Counted from the first letter of the stretch, positions 36,306 to 49,089 are shown. The stretch is 64,000 nt of DNA from Bdellovibrionales bacterium (GCA_965219095.1 CBDCMT010000001.1:160001-224000), one strand, 5' to 3'. Program-made: numbers and translations. The notes: generated by a model not told the origin, from the sequence alone.

Positions 36306-38036
36306 CCTAAATTCCCGACAAAAAATATACACTAGGATTTAAGTTCTGCTCAGAATCTGGAAAATTTCTTATTCCCCCTCGTAAAAAGTAGGATTTTATA
36401 GAATTTTTAGAGATAAATACTCTTGCCTATGCTCAATCCTGATGTATAATATATACAGCAGGATTGCTAGGAGGATATGCGATGAGTTTCATTAGAAGAA
36501 TAAAAAAGAAGGATGGACAAGTTTATTTGGCTGAAGTTGAGAGCAAATGGATCAATGGGAAATCGGTTCAAAAGCATATTCGTTATATTGGAAAAGAGAT
36601 TAATGGAGAAGTTGTGCTTTCTCTCTCATCAAAAGATCTCCAAGTGGATGGAGTTAAGGTATATGGCCCCCTTTTACTATTCCATAGTATCTCAAAAAAA
36701 ATTAAACTTCCAGAAATTTTAGGTGAATATTCTGATGAGATTCTCAGTATGATTTATGCCCACTGTATGGATTATAGAAGTGTACGTAATATGCCAAAAT
36801 GGTACGAGAGGACAGACTTAAATCTTCTTTTAGATTTAGGAAATCTAACGGAAGCTCGATTAGTTAAAGCAATGGATAGTATAAATGATGATCAAATAGA
36901 GATTTATCAAAGGTCTATTTTTAGCAACGTAAAAAAGATGTATAGGTTGGACTCTAAAGGAATAGTATATGATCTAACAAACACTTATTTTTATGGGAAG
37001 CATTGTGTTATGGGGAAAGTGGAAAGAAGTAAAGATGGGCGTCGACAAAATGATCTTATCCAAATAGCACTTGCAACGACTCAAAAGGACGGAATTCCAG
37101 TATTCCACAAAACCTTTGATGGAAATATCCATGACAGTAAAACTCTAGCGGACGTTTCCAATAATTTTTCTCAACACAGTCTTCAGTCTGGACTACTCAT
37201 CTATGATCGAGGCATAGTATCCGAGAAAAACATTGATTTCATAGGGGATTTAGGCTGGCACACGTTGTGTGGCTTGCCTATGCGAGAAAAAGAAAAAGCT
37301 ATCATAAGACGAACTATAAAGAATGATTCTATAAATAATATTTCAAATATGGTGACAATTGGAGAAAGTATTTTTTACGTTAAAGGTATACCTCATTCAT
37401 TCGGATCGATTAAAGGAAAGCTTGTCATCTGCTATAATGAATCTAAAAAAACAGAAATCACAGAGTCAAGGAGGAAAAGGATTCTAAATGCTCAGGAGTT
37501 AATAAATAAAAATAAAAAAATTGAAGAAGGACTTAGAAAGCACTTGACTCCCAGGGGAAGAATAAGAACTGATGTGTTAAAGAAAGATGAGGAGCTTGAT
37601 GGATACTCGTGTATATTTTCTACGAAGAAGATCTCCGACAAAGAAATGGTGAGATTGTATTTTGACAAAGAGATCATTGAAAGAGCTTTCAAAACTTTAA
37701 AAGGTATTTCAAATGTACGCCCTATTAGATTTTGGTTAAATAAGAGAGTCAAGTCACATGTTTTTATCTGCTATTTATCTTATCTCATATTATCTATCCT
37801 TAAACTAAATCTAAAATCTAAGGGCATAAATATGTCGCCAGAAAAAGCAATTGAAAACTTAGAAACTATGTACAACGTTTATCTATCAGATAACCGTAAA
37901 AAACATAAATTTACTAGAACCGTAACTCTTAACAAAACTCAAGAACAGATATTGAAATCGGTGGACCCAAAAATTTTAAAGAATCACATAATGCTTTCTT
38001 GAAAACCTAGTATATACTTTTGGCCAAAAATTTAGG
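36306..38036 (+). mobile_element. IS1634/IS4-like element, intact transposase 36464..38002
   Basis: IRs CCTAAATT...TATACACTAGG / CCTAGTATATAC...AATTTAGG; 6-bp TSD TAATTA. Confidence 0.92.
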
Positions 38037-38042
38037 TAATTA

Positions 38043-38229
38043 GACTAGCATTTTCTTTATAAGTTTCTAAAATAAGAGAATAACCATCTTCAGATTTGCA
38101 TATGAAATTCCAAAATTCTTTTCCTATTAGCAATTCTTCTTCTGCGAAGAATTGCCTTACTCTTTCTTGAGTCCAGTTTTTATTTTCTCCATACCTATTA
38201 TAGGCTGTTGCAAAAAATATTTTAATGGT
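38043..38229 (-). pseudogene. Fragment resembling the C-terminus of a TdeIII-like type II restriction endonuclease
   Basis: FFATAYNRYG...LLIGKEFWNFI resembles the YNPYG...IG.EFWDF pattern from recall; fragment only. Confidence 0.45.
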
Positions 38230-38231
38230 CT

Positions 38232-38300
38232 TTTCTTTTACCTCCATTTTACGGAGACTTTAAGAGAAAATTGACTGTCCGCAGAAACAGGGGAAGTTCA
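38232..38300 (-). mobile_element. IS3 left-end stub
   Basis: Reverse complement matches 22832-22900, including the orfA start MEVKE. Confidence 0.85.
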
Positions 38301-40300
38301 TGGAGAAGGTGGTTCTGAATCTTTTCAGTGAAAACATCGTAGTTTCTCAAAGCAGAGTATGTTCGCAGTTTGACATCTTTTCCGTCTTTTTTAACTCTGG
38401 GCTTTCGAATCGAAACTCTTTGTCCTTGAGCATAAACAGACCCAGGATCGCTTCCATTTCGCATGCATTCTTCCTCTCGATCGTATAGTGGACCACAGAG
38501 CTTAGTGACTTCGTCATTAAATATCCGGTAGATTACGTCAAGAATTCTATGCTTCATATAGTTATGAACAGCATCTTGAATCTCCTTGTGATCCGATAGT
38601 TCTTGAATTGATATTTTTTCTTTTGTATTCTTCATTTTGGACTCCTTTTGTTTAATTTTTAAGGCTCCTCCCGGGAATCTGTGGGTAAAAAGTAGTAAAA
38701 ATCCCCCAAAAGAGCTCATATTAATCAAAGTAAGAGTAAGACATTCTATCTTGTATTTTTGAGTTCTTTGAGGCCCTTACTGGCCTCTATCACCTCCGGT
38801 GATTGAACTCAAAAACATTCATTTTATTTGCTTTTATTTGCTGTTTTACATTAAAATTTTAAAAAAGAAGCACCTACTTCCCAGATGCCTTAAAATGTTA
38901 TTCAAAAAAAAAAAAAAAAGGAGGGAAGAGATGCTTTTGAAGACTATACTAAATGATTGTTTAAGATGGAAGTCTTTTGTATACGGAGACATTTATTTTT
39001 CAAAAGATAGAAAGTCAATTAATGTTCCTATTAAGGCTCGTAAAAATGGCCAAGCTTTTTGTAGTGTTTGTAAGAAGCCCTGTTCAGTGTATGACAGCAG
39101 TAAATCATCACGGGACTTTGAATCCCTTCCTATTTTAAGTTACAGGGTGTTTTTTGTTTATTTTGTAAGAAGAGTTAATTGTCCTTGCTGTGGGGTAAAA
39201 GTTGAGTATTTACCTTGGGCCGATGGTAAGAAGAGTTTAACGATCTTTTACATGAAGTATTTAGCAGACTGGTGTCGTCACCTGTCTTGGAAAGAGGTTT
39301 CTTGTAAGTTTCATGTCAGTTGGAATCAGGTCTATGCTTCGGTAGAATGGGTCGTAGAATATGGTTTAAAACAAAGGGTTTTAAAGGGAATACAAGCTAT
39401 AGGTGTAGATGAAATACAATGGAAAAAGAACCATCAGTATCTCACCTTAGTCTATGAAATAAGCAAAACCCGTGTACGCTTGTTGTGGATAGGAGAAAAA
39501 AGAACAGAAAAGAGTTTTAGAAAATTCTTTGATTTACTAGGAGAGAAGTCAAAAGATATACGGTTTGTGTGTTCTGATATGTGGAAGCCTTATTTAAAAG
39601 TCATAAAGGAGAGGGCAAGTGGAGCTTTACACATATTAGATCGGTTTCATATCGTAGCAAGACTCAATAAGGCTTTAGACGAAGTGAGAGCTTCAGAATA
39701 CAAAAAAATGAAAGAAGACGGGTATGAACCCCTTTTAACAAAAGCTAGATGGCCCTTGTTAAAAAATGCAGAAAATTTAAAATCTTATGAAAAAGTAAAA
39801 TTAAGGCATTTAATACAGTACAATTTAAAAAGTATCCGCTGTTATTTTTTAAAAGAAGACTTCCGACAGTTATGGACCTATGTTCCACCAACTTGGGCTG
39901 GTAAATTTATAGACAGTTGGACGAAACGAGTCATGCTTTCAAAAATTGAACCTATGAAAAGAGAAGCAAAAACCATACGAAGACATAAGCTACTTATTCT
40001 TAATTACTTCAAGGCTAAAAAAGCCTTCTCCTCAGGGATTGTAGAGGGTTTAAACAACAAAGTAAAACTCACTATGAGAAAATCTTACGGCTTTAGAACC
40101 TCTAAAGCTATAAAAATCGCCTTATATCATAACCTTGGAAAACTGCCAGAACCTCCGGGAACCCACAGATTCTTTTGAGGAGGCATTTTTAATTCATTCT
40201 AAATCTTTATTAAATCCTAGGTGGACTTAAAAATCCACCAGGGAGTCCTCTTATCTGCTCTATTTTTGAGCAGAATTCCACCGATAAATGGGACATCCTC
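38301..40300 (-). mobile_element. IS256 5' fragment interrupted by ISL3
   Basis: IR at 40274-40300; transposase N-terminus MKNTKEKISIQ at 38301-38635. Confidence 0.88.
38663..40184 (+). mobile_element. ISL3-family element, intact transposase (likely ATG 38931..40178)
   Basis: 8-bp TSD ATTTTTAA; CxxC zinc finger, GVDE, SDMWKPY, LDRFHI and SGIVEGLNNK motifs. Confidence 0.95.
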
Positions 40301-40715
40301 CGATATCTCGTGATAAAAGGAAAGTGAAAGGTATTTTTTTTGAGATCATTTGTAGCGAAATTTTTATGAATATCTATACTTAGTTTGTTTAGAGTGAGTT
40401 CAGAGTGAAAAATGAAGGAATCTTAAAGAATTTTCAGGAAATTTTAAGATAGACAGTGACGGCTAAGTTGTTAATTTTATTATTTCCTTTTTAATTTTTT
40501 AATGATTCTAAGAACTTACAAAAGTTCACGGGCCATTTTATAGAAATACTTTCTGTGAAGCTTGGAATGCTTTTTGTGAGCAGGGCGGCAGGATTAAGAA
40601 TTATGCACTTACTCTGGGCAAAAAGCTAAGACTCTCATTTAAAGAGACCTAACTGCAATTACAGGCTCAAAAAGCCAGTTGATTTCATTTTTTAGATTGT
40701 TTATAATTTATTGTA

Positions 40716-41843
40716 ATGAAGCTCTGGAAAGCCACACCAGTTCAAAACTCAATCTTAGTCCTATCTGATGGGACTTTTTTTTTAGGTAAGTCAGTAGGAG
40801 CTTTAAAGAAAACAAAAGGCCAGCTTTGTTTTAACGTTTCTATGACAGGTTACCAAGAAGTCCTTACTGATCCCTCTTATAGTAAATACATTATTGTTTT
40901 CACCTTTCCTCATATTGGAAACGTAGGTTGCAATCCTTTTGATCAAGAAAGCTCAAAGCCTCTTTGTTCTGGTTTTGTTTTGAGAAACCATCCTACAGAA
41001 GCTTCCAATTTTAAGGCCAAAGATCATTTTGAAACCTGGGTTTTAGATCACAACCTTACAGGAATTTCAGGGATTGATACAAGAGAACTCACCCAAAGGA
41101 TAAGAAAAAAACCTCAAGGTTGTTTAATTCAATCTGTGAAGACAGGAGATGTGATTTTTATAGATCAACTTCAAGAAGAGATAAAGTCTTCTATAAATTT
41201 TAAAAACCAGGAATTAGCTGATTCTGCTGGAACCCAAACCCTTTATACTCTTCCCTCAACTCCTGATGCTTATCATGTTGTAGTTTTAGACTACGGTGTA
41301 AAGATAACGATCTTACAACTTCTTTCTTCTGTAGGGCTCAATGTCACAGTAGTACCTGCAAAAACATCTTTTGAGGAAATTGAGAAACTAAAGCCTCATG
41401 GAGTTTTTCTTTCTAACGGCCCTGGTGATCCTCTTCTTACAGCAGAATACACTCTTCCTACCATTAAAAAGATTATAAAGAACCGAATTCCCTTGTTTGG
41501 TATTTGTTTAGGACATCAAATTCTAGCTCTTGCAAGCAATCTTTTAATTCACAATATGAAAGTAGGGCATAGGGGAGTAAACCATCCGGTTCAAGACTTA
41601 GAAACAAAAAAAGTTTTTATAACAAGTCAAAATCATGGCTTTAGTGTTAGTGATGAGGGCTGTATCCTCAAAAACATTAAAATCACACAACGTTCTTTAT
41701 TTGACAATAGTGTTGAAGGGCTTGAAAGAACTGATGTTCCTGCTTTTTCTGTACAGTATCACCCAGAAGCCTCTCCAGGTCCCCATGACAGCTACCACTT
41801 GTTTTATAAATTCAAACAAATGATAAAGGAACAACATGCCTAA
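40716..41843 (+). CDS. carA: Carbamoyl-phosphate synthase small subunit
   Basis: [27 protein letters not shown] and [10 protein letters not shown] motifs. Confidence 0.97.
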   Translation: MKLWKATPVQNSILVLSDGTFFLGKSVGALKKTKGQLCFNVSMTGYQEVLTDPSYSKYIIVFTFPHIGNVGCNPFDQESSKPLCSGFVLRNHPTEASNFKAKDHFETWVLDHNLTGISGIDTRELTQRIRKKPQGCLIQSVKTGDVIFIDQLQEEIKSSINFKNQELADSAGTQTLYTLPSTPDAYHVVVLDYGVKITILQLLSSVGLNVTVVPAKTSFEEIEKLKPHGVFLSNGPGDPLLTAEYTLPTIKKIIKNRIPLFGICLGHQILALASNLLIHNMKVGHRGVNHPVQDLETKKVFITSQNHGFSVSDEGCILKNIKITQRSLFDNSVEGLERTDVPAFSVQYHPEASPGPHDSYHLFYKFKQMIKEQHA

Positions 41844-44800
41844 AAGAAATGATATCTCAAAAGTGATGGTTCTAGGGGCTGGTCCTATTTCAATTGGTCA
41901 AGCTTGTGAGTTCGACTATTCCGGAACACAAGCTTTGAAAGCTCTTAAAGAGGAAGGCTTAAAAACTGTTCTTGTTAATTCCAATCCTGCCACAATTATG
42001 ACAGATCCTTTTTTTTCTGATGAAACGTTCATTCAGCCTTTAACTTTAAACTATTTAGAAAAAATTATTGAGGTTACAAGACCCGATGCTATTTTACCTA
42101 CAGTAGGAGGGCAAACAGCCTTGAACTGTACCTTAGAACTCCATAAAAATAAAGTCTTAGAAAAATATCAAGTGGAAATTTTAGGAGCTTCTCCTGAAGC
42201 TATTGAGAAAGCAGAGAACAGAGAGCTTTTCAAACAAGCTATGAAAAAAATCAATCTCCCTTTTCCTCATAGCAGAGTTGTACAGTCTCTTAAAGAGGCT
42301 AAAAACTGGCTGAGAGAAGTTAATCTTCCTTTGATTATAAGGCCTTCTTTTACCTTAGGGGGTGCTGGGGGAGGAGTGGCTTACACTTCTAAAGAGTTTT
42401 TTATGATTGTAGAACAAGGACTCAAACTCTCAGCAAACCATGAGGTGCTTATTGATGAGTCCCTCCTAGGTTGGAAAGAATTTGAAATGGAGGTTGTATG
42501 CGATAAAAACAACAACGGCATTATTGTGTGCTCTATTGAAAACATTGATCCTATGGGGGTTCATACAGGAGACAGCATAACAGTGGCACCCGCACTTACT
42601 TTAAGAGACAAACAGTACCAGTTTTTGAGGAATAAGTCTCTTGATGTGTTAAGAGAAATAGGAGTGACAACAGGAGGAGCTAATGTACAATTTGCTATTC
42701 ATCCACGCACTGGCCGTTGCCTTATCATTGAGATGAATCCTAGAGTTTCACGTTCTTCTGCTCTAGCTTCAAAAGCTACAGGTTTTCCCATTGCTAAAGT
42801 GGCCACTAAATTAGCTCTTGGTTACACACTTGATGAAATTCAAAATGATATCACTCATATCACACCTGCTTCTTTTGAACCCACCATTGATTATATTGTT
42901 ACAAAAATTCCTCGTTTTCATTTTGAAAAATTCTATAAAACTCATGAATCGGAACCCACCCTTTCTACTTCTATGAAATCAGTGGGAGAGGTTATGGCCA
43001 TAGGAAGAAGTTTTTTGGAGAGTTTACAAAAAGGACTTTGTTCTTTAGAGACAGGTTTAGCAGGATTCAATGAAGTCGTCTTAAAGGATATAAAACAGTT
43101 AAAAGTTTTGACTCCTTATAAAATCCTCTACATTGCACAAGCCATCAGAGAACATTACTCTCTTGATATAATTGCAGAACTTAGTCATATAGATCCTTGG
43201 TTCATAAGAGAAATCAAAAAAGTTGTGGAAATGGAAAGACGTATCAAATCAGAAGGACTTCCTAAAACATCTTATGAACTAAGAGAATTTAAAAAAATGG
43301 GTTTTTCAGATGAGCGATTAGCTCAGCTTTCCTCAACAACCGAAAAAAAGCTTTTTCAATTAAGACAAGATTTGAACATTCATCCTGTTTTAAAAACAGT
43401 TGACACCTGTGCAGGAGAATTTAGCTCTCATACCTCTTACCTTTACTCTTGTTATGAAAGTGATTCTAAAAGTGATCTTGTCTGCGAAGCTGTCATTCAC
43501 GATAGGAAAAAAGTGATCATTCTAGGAAGCGGTCCTAATCGTATTGGGCAAGGAATAGAATTTGATTATACATGCGTTCATGCTTGTTTTACTTTAAGAA
43601 TGATGGGAATAGAAGCTATTATGATCAACTGTAACCCTGAAACGGTCTCTACAGATTATGATACATCTGATAAACTTTATTTTGAACCTTTAAAAGCTGA
43701 AAATATTTTAGCTATTATAGATAAAGAAAAAAAACGAGGAGAATTTTTAGGTGTCATCATTCAGTGTGGAGGACAAACTCCTATCAACTTAGCTCATACT
43801 CTCAAAGAAGCTCAAGTTCCCCTTTTAGGGACTGATTTAAAAAGTATTTCTCTTACAGAAGATAGAGAAGAGTTTAAAAAAGTCATTCAAATACTCAAAC
43901 TCAAACAGCCTCGAAGTGAAATTTGCTATGAACTTTCAGAACTTTATAAAGTGGCAGAGAAAGTAGGTTATCCAGTTCTTATACGTCCTTCTTATGTTCT
44001 AGGGGGAGAAGCTATGAGCATTTTAAAATCCCCCCAAGATCTTTCCCTCTATCTTTCAAGAAATCGAAATGTATTTTTAAAAAAAGTTTCTTTACTTGTT
44101 GATAGTTTTTTAGAAAATGCGATAGAGTTAGACGTAGATGCTCTCTGTGACGGAGAAAGTGTTTTCATAGCAGGAATTTCAGAGCATATTGAAAGAGCGG
44201 GGGTTCATTCAGGGGACTCAGCCTGTAGCCTTCCTGTTTTTAGCATTCCAGAACATATTGTCTCAAAAGTAAAAGAACAAACTAAAAAAATAGCTCTTTT
44301 TTTAAACATCAAAGGTTTTATGAACATACAATTTGCTCTCCAAAAAGATGAAATTTTTCTATTAGAAGTCAATCCTCGAGCTTCTAGAACCATTCCCTTT
44401 TTAGAAAAGGCTACAGGGATACCTCTTTCAGTACTTGCTACAAAGATCATGTTAGGCGATAAAATTAAAACATTTTCAGAAAAAGAAAAAGAATTCTTTT
44501 CGTTTTACTCGGTCAAAGAAGCTAAGTTTTCTTTTGAAAGATTTAAGAATATAGATCCTCTTTTGAGTCCAGAGATGAAATCTATAGGAGAAGTTATGGG
44601 GATAGGTTCTTCATTTCACCTGGCCTACAATAAAGCTCTTCAAAGTGTCAATCAGAACATTCCAGAAAATTGTAAAAAAGTTTATGTATCTCAAAAAGCA
44701 CCCCTGGAATTGCAAACAAAATACAAGCAGTTATTTCAGATCACATCATCTTATAAGGATGTCAAATCTGTTAGCTTTGTTGTAGCCTGTGAAGAAGATA

Positions 44801-44955
44801 AAACTGATGAACGTGTAAGAAAATACGCTGTCTCCTACGGCATACCCTATGTTTCAACTTACGAAGGAGCCTATCATATCATTAAAGCTTATGAAAAAAA
44901 ATATCATGAAAAATGCTATCCTCAAAGTTTACAGGAACTTTATCGTATAAAATAA
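41836..44955 (+). CDS. carB: Carbamoyl-phosphate synthase large subunit
   Basis: [38 protein letters not shown] and [13 protein letters not shown] motifs. Confidence 0.97.
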   Translation: MPKRNDISKVMVLGAGPISIGQACEFDYSGTQALKALKEEGLKTVLVNSNPATIMTDPFFSDETFIQPLTLNYLEKIIEVTRPDAILPTVGGQTALNCTLELHKNKVLEKYQVEILGASPEAIEKAENRELFKQAMKKINLPFPHSRVVQSLKEAKNWLREVNLPLIIRPSFTLGGAGGGVAYTSKEFFMIVEQGLKLSANHEVLIDESLLGWKEFEMEVVCDKNNNGIIVCSIENIDPMGVHTGDSITVAPALTLRDKQYQFLRNKSLDVLREIGVTTGGANVQFAIHPRTGRCLIIEMNPRVSRSSALASKATGFPIAKVATKLALGYTLDEIQNDITHITPASFEPTIDYIVTKIPRFHFEKFYKTHESEPTLSTSMKSVGEVMAIGRSFLESLQKGLCSLETGLAGFNEVVLKDIKQLKVLTPYKILYIAQAIREHYSLDIIAELSHIDPWFIREIKKVVEMERRIKSEGLPKTSYELREFKKMGFSDERLAQLSSTTEKKLFQLRQDLNIHPVLKTVDTCAGEFSSHTSYLYSCYESDSKSDLVCEAVIHDRKKVIILGSGPNRIGQGIEFDYTCVHACFTLRMMGIEAIMINCNPETVSTDYDTSDKLYFEPLKAENILAIIDKEKKRGEFLGVIIQCGGQTPINLAHTLKEAQVPLLGTDLKSISLTEDREEFKKVIQILKLKQPRSEICYELSELYKVAEKVGYPVLIRPSYVLGGEAMSILKSPQDLSLYLSRNRNVFLKKVSLLVDSFLENAIELDVDALCDGESVFIAGISEHIERAGVHSGDSACSLPVFSIPEHIVSKVKEQTKKIALFLNIKGFMNIQFALQKDEIFLLEVNPRASRTIPFLEKATGIPLSVLATKIMLGDKIKTFSEKEKEFFSFYSVKEAKFSFERFKNIDPLLSPEMKSIGEVMGIGSSFHLAYNKALQSVNQNIPENCKKVYVSQKAPLELQTKYKQLFQITSSYKDVKSVSFVVACEEDKTDERVRKYAVSYGIPYVSTYEGAYHIIKAYEKKYHEKCYPQSLQELYRIK

Positions 44956-45287
44956 ACAATTGGCTGTATTGGTAAAGTGTAGACGTCTATCAAAAAGAAT
45001 GTCAAGAAAAAACACTTCTCCATTTACAAAAAATATAAAAAATTTTTTTGTAAATGGTCACAAATGTTGTAACTGTTCAGAAAAATTCTAGTAAATTGTT
45101 GAAATTTCACTAAAAGCTCGTATGCCTATATGTTATATGATGTTTTTTGTTTAGATTTTCAGATTTTTTGAGTTAGAGTCTAGTTTTTATTCAAAAGTAT
45201 TGATAAATCGTCATTTGTTTTAAAAAATAGTTTCATATGATAATTCTTCCTTTAGATTCTGAAAACTTAAAAGGAAAGGAGTGTATA

Positions 45288-46424
45288 TAGTGCTTCCGTT
45301 TAGGTTTTCAGTTTCCTAAGATAGAGAAGTTATCAGTTATCAAAGTTTCTAATTTAGATCTGTGTTTTCGTATTCCTCTAAAAAATTGACTTAAACTTCC
45401 CTTGAAATCGTCATAGTTTTCATAATATCGATTCGCCGTGACCTCTTTTTTCATAAACTTCCAAAGCCTTTCTATAGGATTTAAATTCGGTGAGTACGGA
45501 GGAAGATAAACAAGTTTTATATTCAACTCTTTCGCTAACTTCTTGACAGACTTCGATCTATTGTATCCGGCCCCATCTAAGATAAGATGAATCTCTTTTT
45601 CATCGGAATACTTCTTAATGAATATGATAGAGCATATCACATAGAAAAACTTCGTTAACTGTCTTATAACTCCTGACTACCGTCTTCAAACTATTGATCT
45701 CAATAGCTCCACAAACATTCACTCTTTTTCTCCAGCCTGAATTGGTCTTCACTTCAAACTTCTTACCCTCTCTTATCCAACCATATGAAATCGTAGGGCC
45801 CCACTCAGGATGTGTGAAATCAGCAAAGTAAACAGGACCGTCTTTCTTCTTAATTCTCTTGTATTTACGCACAAACTTTTTCTGCTCTTCTTTCTTTACC
45901 TTACCTGGTATCGCTGTGGCTTTTTTATAAGAAAAACCAAGGCGATGGAGAAGATCAATTACACCACTTGTTAAAGTACGTAACACCAAAATTCTCCTCA
46001 ATGAACTGAATAACGGTCTGTGATGATGGAAAAATTCTTTTCTCTAATTCCTTTAAAAGCATTTTCTCCTCTTTCTTAGTTAAAAAGGACCTTTTAGGTT
46101 GTAATTGTCGTTGATTAAGCACTCTATCCCGCCTTTGTTATAACGATCTCTACAGGCTCTTATCGTGCCCTCATCAATGAAAAGAAAACGGGAAATATCT
46201 TTACACAACTCACCTTTATCTAAATGGAGAATTGTCATAATCCTTTTTCCGTACCTAAGATTTCTTTCTAAAGATAGTTCATAGAGTAAATCTTTTCGCT
46301 CTTTTTTTGATAGAAACCCTGACATATGAAACTATTTTTAAAAATAAATGACTTTTTATCAAGGCCTTAGAATAAAAACTAGACCTCAACTCAAAAAAAA
46401 CGGAAAACCTAAGCGGAAGGAGTA
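45288..46424 (-). mobile_element. IS630 type B, frameshifted
   Basis: TA-flanked IRs; three ORF pieces matching 47164..48180; preceded by a degenerate, internally deleted copy (~45135-45285). Confidence 0.92.
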
Positions 46425-46426
46425 TA

Positions 46427-46496
46427 TAGCGAATACGCTTAGATTCTCCGGTCGATTCTCTAGAGAAAAAAACTGAAAACCTAAACGGAAACACTA
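46427..46496. mobile_element. ~70-bp IS630-derived MITE, second copy
   Basis: Reverse complement of 10194-10264 with the shared core CTCTAGAGAATCGACCGG; TA flanks. Confidence 0.85.
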
Positions 46497-46589
46497 TACG
46501 AAAACAATAGCTTGGTTTTTAGAGAAATTTAAAGAAAACAGTCAATATCTTTACTTTATATACCTAACTGATCTTTCAATTTAAAAAAG

Positions 46590-46787
46590 GTCTTTCTAGG
46601 AACCTTCAGGATTCTTGTTTTTTCATTCCGCACCTTTTCTTCTCTTTCTTTAAGATTTTAATGTAATACAGCAAATAAAATGAATGTTTTTGAGTTCAAT
46701 CACCAGAGGTGATAGAGGCCAGTAAGGCCTCAAAGAACTCAAAAATACAAGACAGGATGTCTTCTCTTGCTTTGATTAATATGAGCT
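46590..46787 (-). mobile_element. Degenerate ISL3 leader fragment, abutting an IS1634-type end at 46788
   Basis: Similar to 26060-26240; CCTGACTTCGACA at 46788. Confidence 0.7.
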
Positions 46788-47143
46788 CCTGACTTCGACA
46801 AGATGTGAAAAAGACTCTCGAAAAATGGGCTTTTACAGAGTAGTGGAAAACGTTGAAGTCGGACCCATTCTTAAAAAGAAGTTCTCTTTTCTCCTTTTTG
46901 AAAGGTAAAAATTACATCACTATGAAAAATTTATACAGTTTTTATAGTTTTAAAAAATAGTTTGTGTTTTTAACTTCTTTATGATAGACTCATTTTAATG
47001 ATTATGAAAACAAGGCCAGACTGGAAGTCTATAACGTTTAAAGGAGTAGGTGACAATTTTTGTCACCTTTTGAATTTTTTTCAAAGTCTTAGAGGCTCAG
47101 CTTTAAATAATAAGGAGTTAAGCTTGGAATAGTTTTTGCTATA

Positions 47144-48279
47144 TAGTGCTTCCGTTTAGGTTTTCAGGTTCCTAAGATGGAGAAGTTATCAGTTATCAAA
47201 GTTTCTAATTTAGATCTGTGTTTTCGTATTCCTCTAAAAAATTGACTTAAACTTCCCTTGAAATCGTCATAGTTTTCATAATATCGATTCGCCGTGACCT
47301 CTTTTTTCATAAACTTCCAAAGTCTTTCTATAGGATTTAAATTCGGTGAGTACGGAGGAAGATAAACAAGTTTTATATTCAACTCTTTCGCTAACTTCTT
47401 GACAGACTTCGATCTATTGTATCCGGCCCCATCTAAGATAAGATGAATCTCTTTTTCATCGGGATGCTTCTTGCGAATATGATGGAGCATATCACATATG
47501 GAAACATGGTTAACTGTCTTATAACTCCTGACTACCGTCTTCAAACTATTGATCTCAATAGCTCCACAAACATTCACTCTTTTTCTCCAGCCTGAATTGG
47601 TCTTCACTTCAAACTTCTTACCCTCTCTTATCCAACCATATGAAATCGTAGGGCCCCACTCAGGATGTGTGGAATCAGCAAAGTAAACAGGACCGTCTTT
47701 CTTCTTAATTCTCTTGTATTTACGCACAAACTTTTTCTGCTCTTCTCTCTTTGCCTTACCCGGTATCGCTGTGGCTTTTTTATAAGAAAAACCAAGGCGA
47801 TGGAGAAGATCAATCGCACCACTTGTTGAGTACGTAACACCAAAATTCTCCTCAATGAACTGAATAACAGACTGTGATGACGGAAAAATTCTTTTTTCTA
47901 ACTCCTTTAAAAGCATTTTCTCCTCTTTCTTAGTTAAAAAGGACCTTTTAGGGTTGTAATTGTCGTTGATTAAGCACTCTATCCCGCCTTTGTTATAACG
48001 ATCTCTACAGGCTCTTATCGTGCCCTCATCAATGAAAAGAAAACGGGAAATATCTTTACACAACTCACCTTTATCTAAATGGAGAATTGTCATAATCCTT
48101 TTTCCGTACCTAAGATTTCTTTCTAAAGATAGTTCATAGAGTAAATCTTTTCGCTCTTTTTTTGATAGAAACCCTGACATATGAAACTATTTTTAAAAAT
48201 AAATGACTTTTTATCAAGGCCTTAGAATAAAAACTAGACCTCAACTCAAAAAAAACGGAAAACCTAAGCGGAAGCACTA
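47144..48279 (-). mobile_element. IS630 type B, intact single-ORF transposase 47164..48180
   Basis: TA duplication; IR TAGTGCTTCCG(C/T)TTAGGTTTTC; FADS, LDGAGY and LPPYSPNLNPIE motifs. Confidence 0.95.
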
Positions 48280-48366
48280 TATATAATTTTAGAAAGGTTA
48301 AAAGTCCTACCTAACAATATAAGAAAATAGGCCTTAAAAACAAAAAAATAGAAAGGAGAAATAAAA

Positions 48367-49089
48367 ATGAAAATAAATAGTAAAATGATCGTCATAATAA
48401 GTCTCAGTCTTTTCATATCATCTTTTGTTAAGGCTCAAAATATGTCTGATGAAAATATGTCTGATGAAATTTATAAAGCCTTAGAACAGAATATGGAACA
48501 GGCTATAGCTAAGCAAGAGGCCATTAAATACTTTATCGCAACCCACAAGGTAGTTTCTATTACTGTAGAGAATGAAGCAGGGGAGTCTTGTGAGATCCCC
48601 TCTGATGATATAGGAAAGTACACTCCCTATTTTTTAAATCCAAGCTTTTCAAGTAAGTCCTTATTTGATTTGGAAAAATGCGGAGATCAAGAGTTAGCTG
48701 AGGCAGAACTCATATCTAAAACAGCAAGTTTACATACAGCTGGTGGAGTACAAGTCGCAGTTGCTCCTGTTGTTGGTGCTGCTGTTGTGAGTACTTATCT
48801 TGCTGCTACTGTAGGATCAGCAATAGGTTGTTCAATTGGTGTTATGCAAACAATAGATAATCCTAATAAGAGTGGTACCGATGTGGCAGTGAGAGGAGGT
48901 GTGGTGACTGGTGTTAGTGCGTTAACGGGAACAGTAGCAATAGGACCCGCAATAGCAGGGAGGTATTTAGCTGCAGCAACAATAGGAGGTTATGTAGCGA
49001 CTACAGCAGCAGTGATAACGGGAGCAATATCTGCAGTGGTTTGTAATAAAGTAACTTTATTTTTTTCAAAAAGTTTCAAAAAGAATTAA
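48367..49089 (+). CDS. Hypothetical secreted protein with a Gly/Ala/Val-rich hydrophobic C-terminal half
   Basis: AGGAG RBS, signal peptide, tandem NMSDE duplication, glycine-zipper-like segments; hairpin at ~49089-49134. Confidence 0.7.
   Translation: MKINSKMIVIISLSLFISSFVKAQNMSDENMSDEIYKALEQNMEQAIAKQEAIKYFIATHKVVSITVENEAGESCEIPSDDIGKYTPYFLNPSFSSKSLFDLEKCGDQELAEAELISKTASLHTAGGVQVAVAPVVGAAVVSTYLAATVGSAIGCSIGVMQTIDNPNKSGTDVAVRGGVVTGVSALTGTVAIGPAIAGRYLAAATIGGYVATTAAVITGAISAVVCNKVTLFFSKSFKKN

Noticed and set aside
47048..47068. Palindrome AGGTGACAA-ttt-TTGTCACCT
   Set aside because: It could be an operator or terminator, but it is isolated in IS debris with no assignable gene.
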